Position numbers and translations under genes: made by a program
Shown: positions 1-9,751 of the stretch, piece by piece
Position numbering within the stretch: position 1 is the first letter of the stretch
Layout: each line of letters opens with the position of its first letter
Assembly (NCBI GenBank): GCA_036658435.1
Contig: JAVXEO010000004.1
Location: forward strand, 120-64,119
DNA: 64,000 bases
Direction: 5' to 3'
DNA from: Acetivibrio sp.
GTDB taxonomy: Bacteria; Bacillota; Clostridia; Lachnospirales; Lachnospiraceae
Notes under the pieces: model-generated
Seen by the model: the letters and a program-made list of their open reading frames with translations, nothing else
Databases searched by the model: none
What the model was told of the DNA's origin: nothing

Positions 1-405
1 TACTTTCTCTCCCATCTGTCCAATGGTTACCGAGCCAACCGGAATCAAATGTACCACCGAGTCTTCCTTTTCTTTTTGTTTCAAATATTGAATCATTTCC
101 ACGTTATCAATCACAGGGTTTGTATTGGGCATGGGACAAACGCTGGTAAATCCACCTTTTGCCGCCGCCATGGAACCCGTTTTAATGGTTTCTTTATACT
201 CAAATCCCGGCTCTCTAAAATGTACATGAAGATCTATAAATCCGGGCATTACATAGCATCCTTCTGCATCGATTACTTTATCGGCCTTATCAGAAAGTGC
301 GTTTCCTACCTTTTTAATTAAGTTATCTTCCATTAGGAGGTCAAAACATCCATCTTTTCCAGATGCAGGGTCCAAAATATGTCCATTTTTTATTATTGTT
401 TTCAT
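1..405 (-). CDS. pyrC: Dihydroorotase, N-terminal part (gene continues off the left edge)
   Basis: My translation of the minus strand from ATG 405-403 gives MKTIIKNGHILDPASGKDGCFDLLMEDNLIKKVGN...GFIDLHVHFREPGFEYKETIKTGSMAAAKGGFTSVCPMPNT. This shows the DxHVHxR metal-binding motif and MPNT typical of dihydroorotases. SD AAGGTGG lies upstream. It is not in the ORF track because it is open at the edge. Confidence 0.85.
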   Translation of the reverse strand, partial: MKTIIKNGHILDPASGKDGCFDLLMEDNLIKKVGNALSDKADKVIDAEGCYVMPGFIDLHVHFREPGFEYKETIKTGSMAAAKGGFTSVCPMPNTNPVIDNVEMIQYLKQKEKEDSVVHLIPVGSVTIGQMGEKV

Positions 406-424
406 AGAGTCCCACCTTTTAAGC

Positions 425-820
425 CTAGTCTTCCGCCTTTAAAAAATCTTCCAAGACTTTATCATTTTCAATATATTCCTCAAATTTGTCTCTGGTAATC
501 CACTTTGCATCACTTAAATCCTCTGATAAAATGACGGTGTCCTCTTCTGCTATACACTCATAAGCAATTCCTACTTTATGCGTATCACCTACCATAAAAG
601 ACCACACGTACATAATCCGATTGATTTCTGCACTAATCCCTGTTTGTTCTTCTATGCAGCGAAGCACTGCTGCATCTGGAGACTCTCCATGTTCTACATT
701 TCCGTCTACAAACTGCCATTGGTAAGGATTGGAAATGCAATCGTCATACCATTTTGCTACAATTAAAAACTTATCATTACTTTTTACAATTCCTTTTACT
801 AATAATTTACAATTTTCCAT
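425..820 (-). CDS. NUDIX-fold hydrolase (Nudix box partly non-canonical)
   Basis: Nudix box GNVEHGESPDAAVLRCIEEQTGI fits Gx5Ex7R.U.EE.GU, with C and Q replacing two glutamates. The track ORF starts at a TTG (835). ATG at 820 is preceded by GGAGG at 8 nt, so I use it. Confidence 0.75.
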   Translation of the reverse strand: MENCKLLVKGIVKSNDKFLIVAKWYDDCISNPYQWQFVDGNVEHGESPDAAVLRCIEEQTGISAEINRIMYVWSFMVGDTHKVGIAYECIAEEDTVILSEDLSDAKWITRDKFEEYIENDKVLEDFLKAED

Positions 821-861
821 AATTTTCGCCTCCAATTTATTGTATCAGTTCAAAATAAAAA

Positions 862-2184
862 TTACAAATCTTTTTTTATCTTGGAAAACCATTCCTTTAT
901 CTCTTTTTCATATCCATTGTTGGATAATTGATAAAAAGTTCTTCCCTCTAAATTATCCGTTAAGTACTGTTGTTTCACATAATGATTTTCATAATCGTGT
1001 GGATACTTATATCCGATCCCGTGTCCCAGTTCTTTTGCACTTCCATAATGTGCATCCATTAAATGTGGAGGAATCTTTCCGGTTTCTTCTTCCTTTACAA
1101 CACGCATTGCCTCTGCGATGGCATTTACCGCTGAATTGCTTTTAGGTGCACAGGCCACATAGGTGACTGCCTGGGCCAGTATAATCTGTGATTCCGGCAT
1201 TCCAATTCTTTCCACTGCCTGGGCCGCAGCAGTGGCTACTACCAATGCATTTGGATCTGCATTGGATACATCTTCTGCAGCACAAATCATAATTCTTCTC
1301 GCTATAAACGTAATATCTTCTCCTGCGTACAGCATACGCGCAAGATAGTAAACCGCTGCATCCGGATCCGAACCCCTCATGCTTTTAATAAAAGCGGATA
1401 TGGTGTCATAGTGATTGTCTCCTTTTTTATCGTATCCCAATACCCTTTTTTGGATACACTCCGAAGCCGTTTCCTTGGTAATGTGAATTCGCTCATCCGG
1501 GCTTCTCTCTGTGGTTAAAATTCCCAGCTCGATTGCATTTAATGCAGCTCTTGCATCTCCGTTGCAGATATCTGCCAAAAATTCCAGTGCATCCTCTTCG
1601 ATTATCCCTTTGTACGCTCCCAGTCCCTTTTCTACGTCCTCCACTGCACGATGCAGTAGTTTTTTTATGTCTTTCTTTTCCAAGGGCTTTAACTCAAATA
1701 TAATGGAACGTGATAGAAGTGCCCTATTTACCTCAAAATAAGGATTTTCCGTTGTTGCACCAATCAATATAATGGTTCCGTCTTCTACGAAGGGGAGGAG
1801 ATAATCCTGCTGTCCTTTGTTAAAACGATGAATTTCATCAATAAACAAAATTGTCTTTTTACCATACATACCCGAAATTTCTTTTGCTTTTTTAATGACT
1901 TCTTCCATATCTTTTTTTCCGGATGCGGTTGCATTAATCTGGGTAAACTCTGCACTGGTGGTGTTGGCAATTACTTTTGCAAGGGTTGTTTTTCCGGTTC
2001 CCGGTGGCCCGTAAAAAATAATCGAACTCAATTTATCGGCTTTGATGGCACGATATAACAGTTTGTCTTTCCCTATAATGTGTTCCTGTCCTACGACTTC
2101 TTCTAATGTAGTGGGACGAAGTCTGCTTGCCAGTGGTGATTCCTTATCCATATTTTTTTCTCTCATATATTCAAATAAATCCAT
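862..2184 (-). CDS. rarA: Replication-associated recombination protein A (AAA+ ATPase, MgsA/RarA family)
   Basis: 440 aa. Walker A GPPGTGKTTLA, Walker B ILFIDEIHR, and a C-terminal MgsA-type helical domain (YDxISAFxKSxRGSDPDAAxYYLARM). Confidence 0.9.
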   Translation of the reverse strand: MDLFEYMREKNMDKESPLASRLRPTTLEEVVGQEHIIGKDKLLYRAIKADKLSSIIFYGPPGTGKTTLAKVIANTTSAEFTQINATASGKKDMEEVIKKAKEISGMYGKKTILFIDEIHRFNKGQQDYLLPFVEDGTIILIGATTENPYFEVNRALLSRSIIFELKPLEKKDIKKLLHRAVEDVEKGLGAYKGIIEEDALEFLADICNGDARAALNAIELGILTTERSPDERIHITKETASECIQKRVLGYDKKGDNHYDTISAFIKSMRGSDPDAAVYYLARMLYAGEDITFIARRIMICAAEDVSNADPNALVVATAAAQAVERIGMPESQIILAQAVTYVACAPKSNSAVNAIAEAMRVVKEEETGKIPPHLMDAHYGSAKELGHGIGYKYPHDYENHYVKQQYLTDNLEGRTFYQLSNNGYEKEIKEWFSKIKKDL

Positions 2185-2216
2185 TGTTCTGCCTTTCTTA
2201 TCTTCTTGTTCATCTC

Positions 2217-2867
2217 TTATAGTAAACGTATTTTTCCACCCATCCGGGCAAAAAATACTTCTTTTTCCATTTCAAGTTTTGCCCTTCCTGCCGTTGCTTC
2301 GGTTATTTTTTTTTCAAAGGCTGCGCATTCCCCGTCCGGTACTATAACATATAGTTTAACGGTCTCGGTATACTCTGTATCCAAAGCGGTTAATTCCATC
2401 TGCTCCAAAGTATACTGTATTTTTCCAATTTCACTGTAATCGGTTCTTAAACTGTATTTTTTTCCAGGGCACTTTTCTATAATCTGACTATTGGCAAGTC
2501 CCTCCTGTGCTGCTTTTCCATAAGCTCTCACAAGACCACCGGTTCCCAACAGGGTTCCTCCAAAATATCTGGTTACAATCACCACACTATTATGAATCTC
2601 TTCTCCAAGAAGTACATCTAATATGGGCCTTCCCGCCGTTCCTGAAGGTTCTCCATCGTCACTGCATCTTTGTATTTGCTGCTGTTCTCCCAATACATAG
2701 GCAAAGCAATGGTGGGTCGCATCCCCATATTTTTTACGAATAAATGCAATCTTTGCGATTGCTTCTTCCTCTGATGCAATTGGAAAAACTTCGGCAATAA
2801 ATCTGGATTTTTTTTCTATAATCGTATTTTCTCCACCAGAATATATAATTTTGTATTTTTCTTCCAT
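2217..2867 (-). CDS. YigZ / IMPACT-family protein (UPF0029)
   Basis: 216 aa. KKSRFIA...HHCFAYV...DDGEPSGTAGxPIL is characteristic of the IMPACT N-terminal domain. Confidence 0.75.
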   Translation of the reverse strand: MEEKYKIIYSGGENTIIEKKSRFIAEVFPIASEEEAIAKIAFIRKKYGDATHHCFAYVLGEQQQIQRCSDDGEPSGTAGRPILDVLLGEEIHNSVVIVTRYFGGTLLGTGGLVRAYGKAAQEGLANSQIIEKCPGKKYSLRTDYSEIGKIQYTLEQMELTALDTEYTETVKLYVIVPDGECAAFEKKITEATAGRAKLEMEKEVFFARMGGKIRLL

Positions 2868-3044
2868 AAAGTGGCAACCCTTTCTATAAGATTATCTGTA
2901 CTTATCTATCTTATCCATAGTATACCAAAGGTTTTCTTGAATGGCAAAGTTGTATTCAAAGATTTTCTTCTTTATTTCGTTTAAATTGTTTGGTATAATC
3001 TAATTTAAGGGTTTTGTATTTATTCGAAACCAAGGAGGTGCATT

Positions 3045-5759
3045 ATGAATTATAGTAAGAAAGGAACGGTTAATAAGCAGAAACGCTTGAAGTCAAACAA
3101 ACACCGTCTATTATCCAAAGCCGGCGTTTCTTTTTTTCGAGCTTTTATTATCTTTTTTGTAGTTTGTTGTATTGTAGGTGTCTTTGCCGGTGTTGGCGTT
3201 TTAAAAGGAATCATTGATAACGCTCCAAGCATTGATTCCATTGACGTTTCTCCCGATGGATTTGTTACCACCCTTTATTATTCCAATGGTAAGGAAAGCC
3301 AGCAGCTGATTGGGTCCAATGCAAACCGTGTTTACGCTACCTTAGATGAAATACCTGAAGTTGTTTATAACTCCTTTATCGCCATTGAAGACCGTCGTTT
3401 TTGGGAACATAATGGCATTGATGTAAGAGGTATTCTTCGTGCTTTCAGTGAAGTTTTAAAAAGCGGGGGATTGGATTCCGGTGCCAGTACTTTGACACAG
3501 CAATTATTAAAGAATCAAGTATTTAATGGTGGCTCTGAAAAAACAATAGGTGACAAAATAGAACGAAAAATTCAGGAGCAATATTTAGCCGTGAAGTTAG
3601 AAGACAAGCTTGCTGAAGGTTCTGACCGGCAGCATGCTAAAGAATTAATTTTAGAATATTATTTAAATACCATCAATCTTGGGCAGAATACACTGGGTGT
3701 CCAGGCTGCATCCAACCGTTATTTCAACAAAAGTGTCAGTGATCTTACTCTTTCTGAAGCAACGGTAATTGCCGGGGTTACCCAAAATCCCGCTCGTCTC
3801 AACCCCATTACCCATCCGGAAGACAATGCCGAAAAGAGACAGGTTATTCTTAATTACATGGAGGAACAGGGCTATATCAGCTCCGCAGAGAAGGAAGAAG
3901 CCATTCAGGATGACGTTTATTCCCGTATTCAGCTAATCAATGATGAGCAGTATTCCAGTTCTACTGCCTCTGTAAACAGTTACTTTGATGACGCTCTCAT
4001 TGATGATGTTATCCGGGATTTTCAAACCGAATTAGGCTATACGGAGGCCCAGGCTGTAAATATGTTATACCGGGGCGGTCTCCAGATTTATACCACCCAA
4101 AGTCAAAAAATTCAAAAAATATGCGATGATGTTTTCTCGGATGAGTCTTTATATCCCAAAAACTCCGAATGGGCACTCACTTATCGTTTATCAATTATGA
4201 ATAAAAAAGGCGAAGAACATCATTACTCTGAGAATAATTTGGCAAATTATTTTATTTATGAAAAAGGAAATGCTTCCTTTGATTTGTATTTTGATAAAAA
4301 AGAAGATGCCGAACCTTACATTGAAGAATATCGAAATTATCTTTTGAAAAAAAGTGATGAAGTTACCGGTGAAGTCATAAATTATGTCATTCAGCCTCAG
4401 GTTTCCTTTGTTCTTATGAATCAAAGTACCGGAAAAGTTCTTGCCATGATTGGTGGACGCGGTGAAAAAACGGCAAGCCGTACGCTCAATCGTGCCACCG
4501 ATTCTACCAGACAGCCCGGTTCTGTTTTTAAAGTTGTTTCCACTTATCTGCCGGCACTGGATACAAAAAAAATGACACTGGCTTCCGTTCAGGATGATAG
4601 TAAATTCTTCTATCCCGGTACAACAAAGCAAGTCAAAAACTGGAATGGAGAAACTTATAATGGTCTTACTACCCTTCGCCAGGGCATTGTAAAGTCTATG
4701 AATGTAGTTACCGTTAAGACACTTGTGGATGTAACTCCCCAGGTTGCCTATGACTATCTATTAAAGCTTGGGTTTTCAACCGTATATGATAATTATGTAG
4801 ACAGTGATGGCAAGATTTACTCCGATATTCAATATCCAACGGCCCTTGGTGGACTCACCAAAGGCGTTACAAACTTTGAATTAACCGCTTCTTTTGCCAC
4901 CATAGCCAATAAGGGGATTTATACAGAACCAACCCTTTATACCAAAGTATTGGACCATGACGGAAATGTTCTCCTTGATAAGCGGCCGGAGAAACGTCAG
5001 GTAATAAAAGAGTCCACGGCCTGGCTCTTAACAAATGCCATGGAAGACGTAATCAAATCCGGTACCGGTACACGCGTCCGATTTGATCAGATCGCCATGC
5101 CGGTAGCCGGAAAAACCGGAACCACTTCCAATAACATTGATACCTGGTTCGTAGGCTATACCCCTTACTATACCGCCGGCATCTGGTCCGGTTATGATAG
5201 CAATAAATCCCAGCGTGAAACCGGTTATCATAAAGATTTGTGGAAGGCAGTCATGCAGGAAATTCATAAAAAGACGAAAAAAGAATATAAGGAATTTACT
5301 ATGCCAAATAGTATATCCACCGCTAGGATTTGTACAAAATCCGGTAAGCTGGCAGTGGATGGCCTGTGTAATTCTACTTCCCGGATTGAATATTTTGATG
5401 TGAATACTCTTCCAAAAGAAAAGTGTGATGCCCATGTGAAATATCGTATTTGTAAAGCATCCGGTGAACTTGCAGGCGAATATTGTCCAAAAGATCAGGT
5501 AGAAGAAAAAGTTTTCCTAATAAAGGAAGAAACCGGTCATACCGCAGATTCTCCCTACGCTATTTCTGCAGACCAGTTCGTAAATACCTGTGGCATACAC
5601 ACCAAACCTCAGGAGAAAGAGCCAAAACCGGATACTATGATTCCATTACCAGAGGATTTAATGCCGAATACACCCCCGCCAGATTCCTCTTCCCCGGATT
5701 TCTCGCCTTCTCCTCCCCCTTCTCCATCTGTAGAGGAGTCTCCGGTACCCGAAGAGTAA
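3045..5759 (+). CDS. Class A penicillin-binding protein (glycosyltransferase + transpeptidase, PBP1A type) with Pro/Ser-rich C-terminal tail
   Basis: 904 aa with an N-terminal membrane anchor. GT51 motif EDRRFWEHNGID. Transpeptidase motifs SVFK, SMN, KTGTT. SD AAGGAGG before the ATG. Confidence 0.9.
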   Translation: MNYSKKGTVNKQKRLKSNKHRLLSKAGVSFFRAFIIFFVVCCIVGVFAGVGVLKGIIDNAPSIDSIDVSPDGFVTTLYYSNGKESQQLIGSNANRVYATLDEIPEVVYNSFIAIEDRRFWEHNGIDVRGILRAFSEVLKSGGLDSGASTLTQQLLKNQVFNGGSEKTIGDKIERKIQEQYLAVKLEDKLAEGSDRQHAKELILEYYLNTINLGQNTLGVQAASNRYFNKSVSDLTLSEATVIAGVTQNPARLNPITHPEDNAEKRQVILNYMEEQGYISSAEKEEAIQDDVYSRIQLINDEQYSSSTASVNSYFDDALIDDVIRDFQTELGYTEAQAVNMLYRGGLQIYTTQSQKIQKICDDVFSDESLYPKNSEWALTYRLSIMNKKGEEHHYSENNLANYFIYEKGNASFDLYFDKKEDAEPYIEEYRNYLLKKSDEVTGEVINYVIQPQVSFVLMNQSTGKVLAMIGGRGEKTASRTLNRATDSTRQPGSVFKVVSTYLPALDTKKMTLASVQDDSKFFYPGTTKQVKNWNGETYNGLTTLRQGIVKSMNVVTVKTLVDVTPQVAYDYLLKLGFSTVYDNYVDSDGKIYSDIQYPTALGGLTKGVTNFELTASFATIANKGIYTEPTLYTKVLDHDGNVLLDKRPEKRQVIKESTAWLLTNAMEDVIKSGTGTRVRFDQIAMPVAGKTGTTSNNIDTWFVGYTPYYTAGIWSGYDSNKSQRETGYHKDLWKAVMQEIHKKTKKEYKEFTMPNSISTARICTKSGKLAVDGLCNSTSRIEYFDVNTLPKEKCDAHVKYRICKASGELAGEYCPKDQVEEKVFLIKEETGHTADSPYAISADQFVNTCGIHTKPQEKEPKPDTMIPLPEDLMPNTPPPDSSSPDFSPSPPPSPSVEESPVPEE

Positions 5760-5780
5760 GGTAGTTCTATAGATAATAAA

Positions 5781-5830
5781 AATGGTACTCGTAACGTTTA
5801 AAGCAGAACATTACGAGTACCATTTTCTAT
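5781..5830 (+). terminator. Intrinsic terminator after the PBP gene
   Basis: Perfect 14-bp stem AATGGTACTCGTAA (5781-5794) / TTACGAGTACCATT (5811-5824), followed by TTTTCT. Confidence 0.7.
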
Positions 5831-5831
5831 A

Positions 5832-5853
5832 TTTAAAAAGCAGCCGGCTGCTT
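5832..5853 (-). terminator. Short hairpin terminator after spoVAE (minus-strand sense)
   Basis: AAGCAG-CCGG-CTGCTT hairpin 7 nt after the spoVAE stop. A T-run follows on the minus strand. Confidence 0.5.
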
Positions 5854-5859
5854 GGATTT

Positions 5860-6216
5860 TTATTCTTTAAGCTTTGGATTAAATAAAAGTGAAGCAAGGT
5901 AGCTAAAAATAAGTGCCGCGGAAATTCCTACTGCCGATGCGGTAAATCCTCCTTTAAATATTCCTAAAAATCCCTCTCCATCCACTGCCTTTTTTACGCC
6001 CTGAAACAAGGTATTTCCAAAACCAATCAAAGGAACTCCTGCACCTGCTCCTGCCCAATCTGCAAAGGGCTGATAGATTCCCACTGCACCCAGAAATCCT
6101 CCAAGGCATACCAGTAAAACCATAATTCTTCCAGGCATTAGCTTTGTCTTATCCATTAAAATCTGCACCAGCATACAAATAGTTCCACCAATTAAAAAGG
6201 CTCGAACATAGTCCAT
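5860..6216 (-). CDS. spoVAE: Stage V sporulation protein AE (SpoVAEB-type membrane protein)
   Basis: 118 aa, polytopic. Last gene of the spoVA block, directly after spoVAD with a stop/start overlap. Confidence 0.85.
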   Translation of the reverse strand: MDYVRAFLIGGTICMLVQILMDKTKLMPGRIMVLLVCLGGFLGAVGIYQPFADWAGAGAGVPLIGFGNTLFQGVKKAVDGEGFLGIFKGGFTASAVGISAALIFSYLASLLFNPKLKE

Positions 6217-7250
6217 TACACCACCTCCAAAACAATACCATGAGCGATGGAAGGAACGGAGTTTCCTTCATTAAAACTTACCGTAGACAACAAAGCTCCC
6301 GTTGGTACAAAAAGAACTTTTTTCCATTGTTCTTTTCTCATCTTGTGAAGAATATAGCCCGTCAGAGTAATGGCACTGCATCCACATCCACTTCCTCCGG
6401 AATGGGTATCCTGCTCTTTCGGGTCAAAAATCTCAATGCCGCAGTCCATATGGTTTTCTCTAATATGATATCCTCTTTCCTGTAAAATATCCAATAGAAT
6501 TTCCTGTCCTACCAGTCCTAAATCACCGGTTATAATTTTATCATATTCGGTGGGTCTGCAATTAAAATCAAGAAAATGCTGATAAATTAATTCTGCCGCA
6601 GCGGGTGCCATGCAGGCTCCCATATTCATAGAATCCTTTACTCCATAATCCACTATTTTTCCTGTTGTGACTCCCGTGATGGCAATATTGACTCCTGTCT
6701 TTCTTTTATCTTTACTTATAATAATTGCGCCGCTTCCGGTAACCGTCCAGGTAGCTGCCAGGGGTCTTTGACTTCCATACCCCAGCGGAAAACGAAATTG
6801 CTTTTCAGCACTTCCAAAATGACTGGAGGTAATGGCAATTACCCGGTTGGCATATTCTGCAGCCACCAGCATCGCTCCAAGAGAAGCGGATTCTCCCATT
6901 GTTGAGCAGGCCCCATATAATCCAAATAAAGGGATTTCATAATTTTCCATACCAAACGATGTTGCGATCAATTGCCCTAACAAATCCCCTCCTAAGAGAT
7001 AACGAATATCTTTGGGTTCCAGTTTTGCTTTTTTCAATACCCCTGCAATGGCTCTTGACTGCAAAATACTTTCCCCTTCTTCCCATGTTTTTCCTCCGCA
7101 CATGGGTTCTTCCTCTATTTCGTCAAAGTAGCCTCCTAAAGGCCCCTCCCCTTCCTTTTTTCCGGCAATGGAGCTTTCTTCCAGTATAAAAGGTGGATTT
7201 AAAAATGCAAGACTCTGCTTCCCCACTTGTTTTCCATGAAACATAATCAC
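6216..7250 (-). CDS. spoVAD: Stage V sporulation protein AD (thiolase-fold, DPA-binding)
   Basis: 344 aa. Thiolase/KAS-III-like fold signature (GACSTMGES, GGSGCGCSA) and position between spoVAC and spoVAE. Confidence 0.9.
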   Translation of the reverse strand: MIMFHGKQVGKQSLAFLNPPFILEESSIAGKKEGEGPLGGYFDEIEEEPMCGGKTWEEGESILQSRAIAGVLKKAKLEPKDIRYLLGGDLLGQLIATSFGMENYEIPLFGLYGACSTMGESASLGAMLVAAEYANRVIAITSSHFGSAEKQFRFPLGYGSQRPLAATWTVTGSGAIIISKDKRKTGVNIAITGVTTGKIVDYGVKDSMNMGACMAPAAAELIYQHFLDFNCRPTEYDKIITGDLGLVGQEILLDILQERGYHIRENHMDCGIEIFDPKEQDTHSGGSGCGCSAITLTGYILHKMRKEQWKKVLFVPTGALLSTVSFNEGNSVPSIAHGIVLEVV

Positions 7251-7256
7251 TACCTC

Positions 7257-7745
7257 CTATAAAATTTTTAAAATCCAGTAAATAAGTCCATACACCCAGC
7301 TTGAAAATATTCCATATAAAATAACCGGCCCTGCAATGGTAAATATTTTACATCCGATTCCAAAAATCTGTCCCTCTTTTTTGAACTCTATGGCGGATGC
7401 GGCAACGGAATTGGCAAATCCTGTAATGGGAACAATGGTGCCCGCACCTCCATATTTTGCTATTTTAGGGTAAATTTGAAGTCCGGTAAGGAGTACACTA
7501 AGGAAAACAAGGACAATTATATTATAAGCTCCGGCCCTTTCTTTATTCATTCCCATACTTATAAAGGAATTTATAAAAAACTGCCCCAGCACACAAATAC
7601 TTCCTCCAATCCAAAATGCATGAAACATGTTCCTTAATAAATTATGGGTGGGGGTTATTTCTTTTACATATTCATTATATTTTTCATCTCTTTTGTCTTT
7701 ATTTTTTTCTTTTAATACCTCAGAAATAGTAACCTTATTTTTCAT
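7257..7745 (-). CDS. spoVAC: Stage V sporulation protein AC
   Basis: 162 aa membrane protein. Conserved PITGFANSVAASAIEFKKEG region typical of SpoVAC, plus synteny. Confidence 0.9.
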   Translation of the reverse strand: MKNKVTISEVLKEKNKDKRDEKYNEYVKEITPTHNLLRNMFHAFWIGGSICVLGQFFINSFISMGMNKERAGAYNIIVLVFLSVLLTGLQIYPKIAKYGGAGTIVPITGFANSVAASAIEFKKEGQIFGIGCKIFTIAGPVILYGIFSSWVYGLIYWILKIL

Positions 7746-7777
7746 CTTCCACTCCTATCTATTTTATCTTCCCAGCT

Positions 7778-8185
7778 TTACAGAAATTGATAGAAAGCTC
7801 CCAGTCCCTTTCCTAACGCAATGGAAAGTATAATCCATGCCATTCCATATTTTATTCCCACTCGCTCTGCAAAAACAGGAATGACATCCAAAACTTCTGC
7901 AAGGGACATCGCTAAGCAGCCTACATAAATTCCCGAAAATATTCCATAAGTTACAAGTCCAAGTATCCCCATCTTAGGGTGAAATTCAAAAATCAAAATT
8001 AGATTTCCCAGTGTTCCTCCCCAAATAATAGCATTTTCATAGAGTTTAATATTTTTTACTGTGTTTGTTCGATCGGCAAGTCTTGGAAATACTCCTATTT
8101 TTGTAATAAAAGCAAAAATACCTCCTCCTACTGCAAAGCCACCCGAAATTCCAATCACCACTAATAAAATATATTTAATTAGCAT
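7778..8185 (-). CDS. spoVAB: Stage V sporulation protein AB
   Basis: 135 aa polytopic membrane protein in the spoVAB position. Overlaps the spoVAA stop by 11 nt. Confidence 0.7.
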   Translation of the reverse strand: MLIKYILLVVIGISGGFAVGGGIFAFITKIGVFPRLADRTNTVKNIKLYENAIIWGGTLGNLILIFEFHPKMGILGLVTYGIFSGIYVGCLAMSLAEVLDVIPVFAERVGIKYGMAWIILSIALGKGLGAFYQFL

Positions 8186-8813
8186 CTAACGTTTTCCCTT
8201 CTCTTGCAGCCATTTTTATTTTTGCTTTATTTTTATCCGTTTCAAAAGTTCGCATCTCTATTTGAATCGGTGTTGGATCATCTTGTAAATGTTTTTTGGA
8301 AAAATGATGGAAAAAAATTAAAATGCCCAATGTTAACCCCCCTGAATAACTGATCTCCAATATTTTAAGGGAATTTTCCGGAGTTCCCAGTACCAGTGTG
8401 TAAATTTTTTGGAAAAGTTGCAGAACACTCACATCTGTATTAAATGTCATAATAGAAAAGGCGGCTCCAAAAAATGCCGTTACTATTACAAATGCTGTTT
8501 TTAAATATTCCATCCATTTTTTTTTGCTTTTTGGAATTCGATATTCCACTATAAAATCCGTTTCCCCAAGGTTAACAATTTCAATTCCATGGGCATACCC
8601 ATGAATTTCCTCCATTATCTTAAGTATGGAAACGGCAATGTCCCTGTCCCCTTCTTTTTCTGTTATAAGAATCCGCTTTGATAAATCTTTTATTAAATTT
8701 TTATCCTCTCCATATATTTTTACAACATCCCCCAGTAATATTTTTTTATTACTTACGGTAACACACTGTTCTGCTTTTAGGTAAAGTATTCGAGTATTCA
8801 TACCTGATACCAT
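8175..8813 (-). CDS. spoVAA: Stage V sporulation protein AA
   Basis: 212 aa. Soluble N-terminal domain plus C-terminal TM helices. First gene of the spoVA block downstream of sigF. Confidence 0.7.
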   Translation of the reverse strand: MVSGMNTRILYLKAEQCVTVSNKKILLGDVVKIYGEDKNLIKDLSKRILITEKEGDRDIAVSILKIMEEIHGYAHGIEIVNLGETDFIVEYRIPKSKKKWMEYLKTAFVIVTAFFGAAFSIMTFNTDVSVLQLFQKIYTLVLGTPENSLKILEISYSGGLTLGILIFFHHFSKKHLQDDPTPIQIEMRTFETDKNKAKIKMAAREGKTLDAN

Positions 8814-8947
8814 TTCCCTTCCATTGGCTGTGCTTCCACCAATACCCCTTCATATCTATCATCTGCTCTATATTCTTTTACTGCAAAAAAAATAAGGCCG
8901 ATTAACACAAGTGAGAAGGCAAGAACCCATAAAAACTTTTTCTTCAT
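8798..8947 (-). CDS. Unannotated 49-codon membrane ORF between sigF and spoVAA
   Basis: Read codon by codon: MKKKFLWVLAFSLVLIGLIFFAVKEYRADDRYEGVLVEAQPMEGKWYQV, then TGA. SD AGGTGGTG lies 7 nt before the ATG. One N-terminal TM helix. The stop overlaps the spoVAA start by 16 nt. Too short for the ORF track. Confidence 0.4.
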   Translation of the reverse strand: MKKKFLWVLAFSLVLIGLIFFAVKEYRADDRYEGVLVEAQPMEGKWYQV

Positions 8948-9017
8948 AAACAACACCACCTGATTAATTTAACCTTATTATTTGTATTTTCACTCTTTCT
9001 ATACCACTAAATTTAAT

Positions 9018-9731
9018 TTATAAATGACTTCGCATCCTTTTTAGTATTTTTTTTTCCAAACGGCTTACCTGTACCTGGGATACTCCTAATTTTTTTGCCA
9101 CTTCTGTTTGGGTTTTATCTTCATAATAGCGCAAGGTAATTAATTCCCTTTCTTCTTCCTCCAAAAGTTCTAATAACTGTTCCATTAACATATGATTTAC
9201 GATACATTCACTTTCGTCTTGTTTAGCCGGAAGTTTATCCTCTAATGTAATTTCACTTCCTTCTCCCTGGTATATGGTTTTATAAATAGATTCCACTTCA
9301 ACATTTGCTTCCAAAGCCAGCACCACATCTTCTAGGGAAAGTTCTGCATCTTTTGCCACTTCATTTAAAGTTGCATCTCTTCCCAGTGAGAAAGCAAGTT
9401 TTTCCATAGAACGTTTTACTTTCCATCCATTTTCTTTTATGGAACGACTCATTTTTATCATACCATCATCCCTTAGAAACCGCTTTATTTCCCCACTTAT
9501 CATGGGCACTGCATAGGTAGAAAATTTCACTTCAAAACTTATGTCAAATTTATCAATAGCCTTCATTAATCCAATGCTGCCAATTTGAAATAAATCCTGT
9601 GTCTCGTATCCACGATTTGAAAATCTGCGTACAATACTCCAGACCAGTGCCATATTCTGTAAAATAAGCTGTTCTCTTGCTTGTTTATTTCCTCCTTGTG
9701 CATCCACGATTAACCCTTTTACATCATCCAT
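9018..9731 (-). CDS. sigF: Sporulation sigma factor SigF
   Basis: 237 aa sigma-70 family protein with regions 2, 3 and 4. Lies immediately downstream of spoIIAA-spoIIAB. Confidence 0.9.
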   Translation of the reverse strand: MDDVKGLIVDAQGGNKQAREQLILQNMALVWSIVRRFSNRGYETQDLFQIGSIGLMKAIDKFDISFEVKFSTYAVPMISGEIKRFLRDDGMIKMSRSIKENGWKVKRSMEKLAFSLGRDATLNEVAKDAELSLEDVVLALEANVEVESIYKTIYQGEGSEITLEDKLPAKQDESECIVNHMLMEQLLELLEEEERELITLRYYEDKTQTEVAKKLGVSQVQVSRLEKKILKRMRSHL

Positions 9732-9751
9732 TTTTTACCTCACCTTTAATT

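Noticed and set aside
729-1145. 138-aa plus-strand ORF, and similar long ORFs on the opposite strand of clear genes: 4191-4631, 5028-5435, 20422-20817, 33445-33915, 35009-35437, 41259-41759, 60351-60800.
   Set aside because: All lie fully inside, and antisense to, genes with unmistakable family motifs. Their translations are low-complexity (F/L/I/S/C-rich) with no SD or recognisable domain. They are typical shadow ORFs of AT-rich genomes.
8948-9017. Forespore sigma (F/G) promoter in front of the spoVA block.
   Set aside because: GTATAG...CAAATAA can be forced onto the sigma-G pattern (GnATAr-N17/18-CATnnTA) only with mismatches and wrong spacing. It is not convincing by eye.
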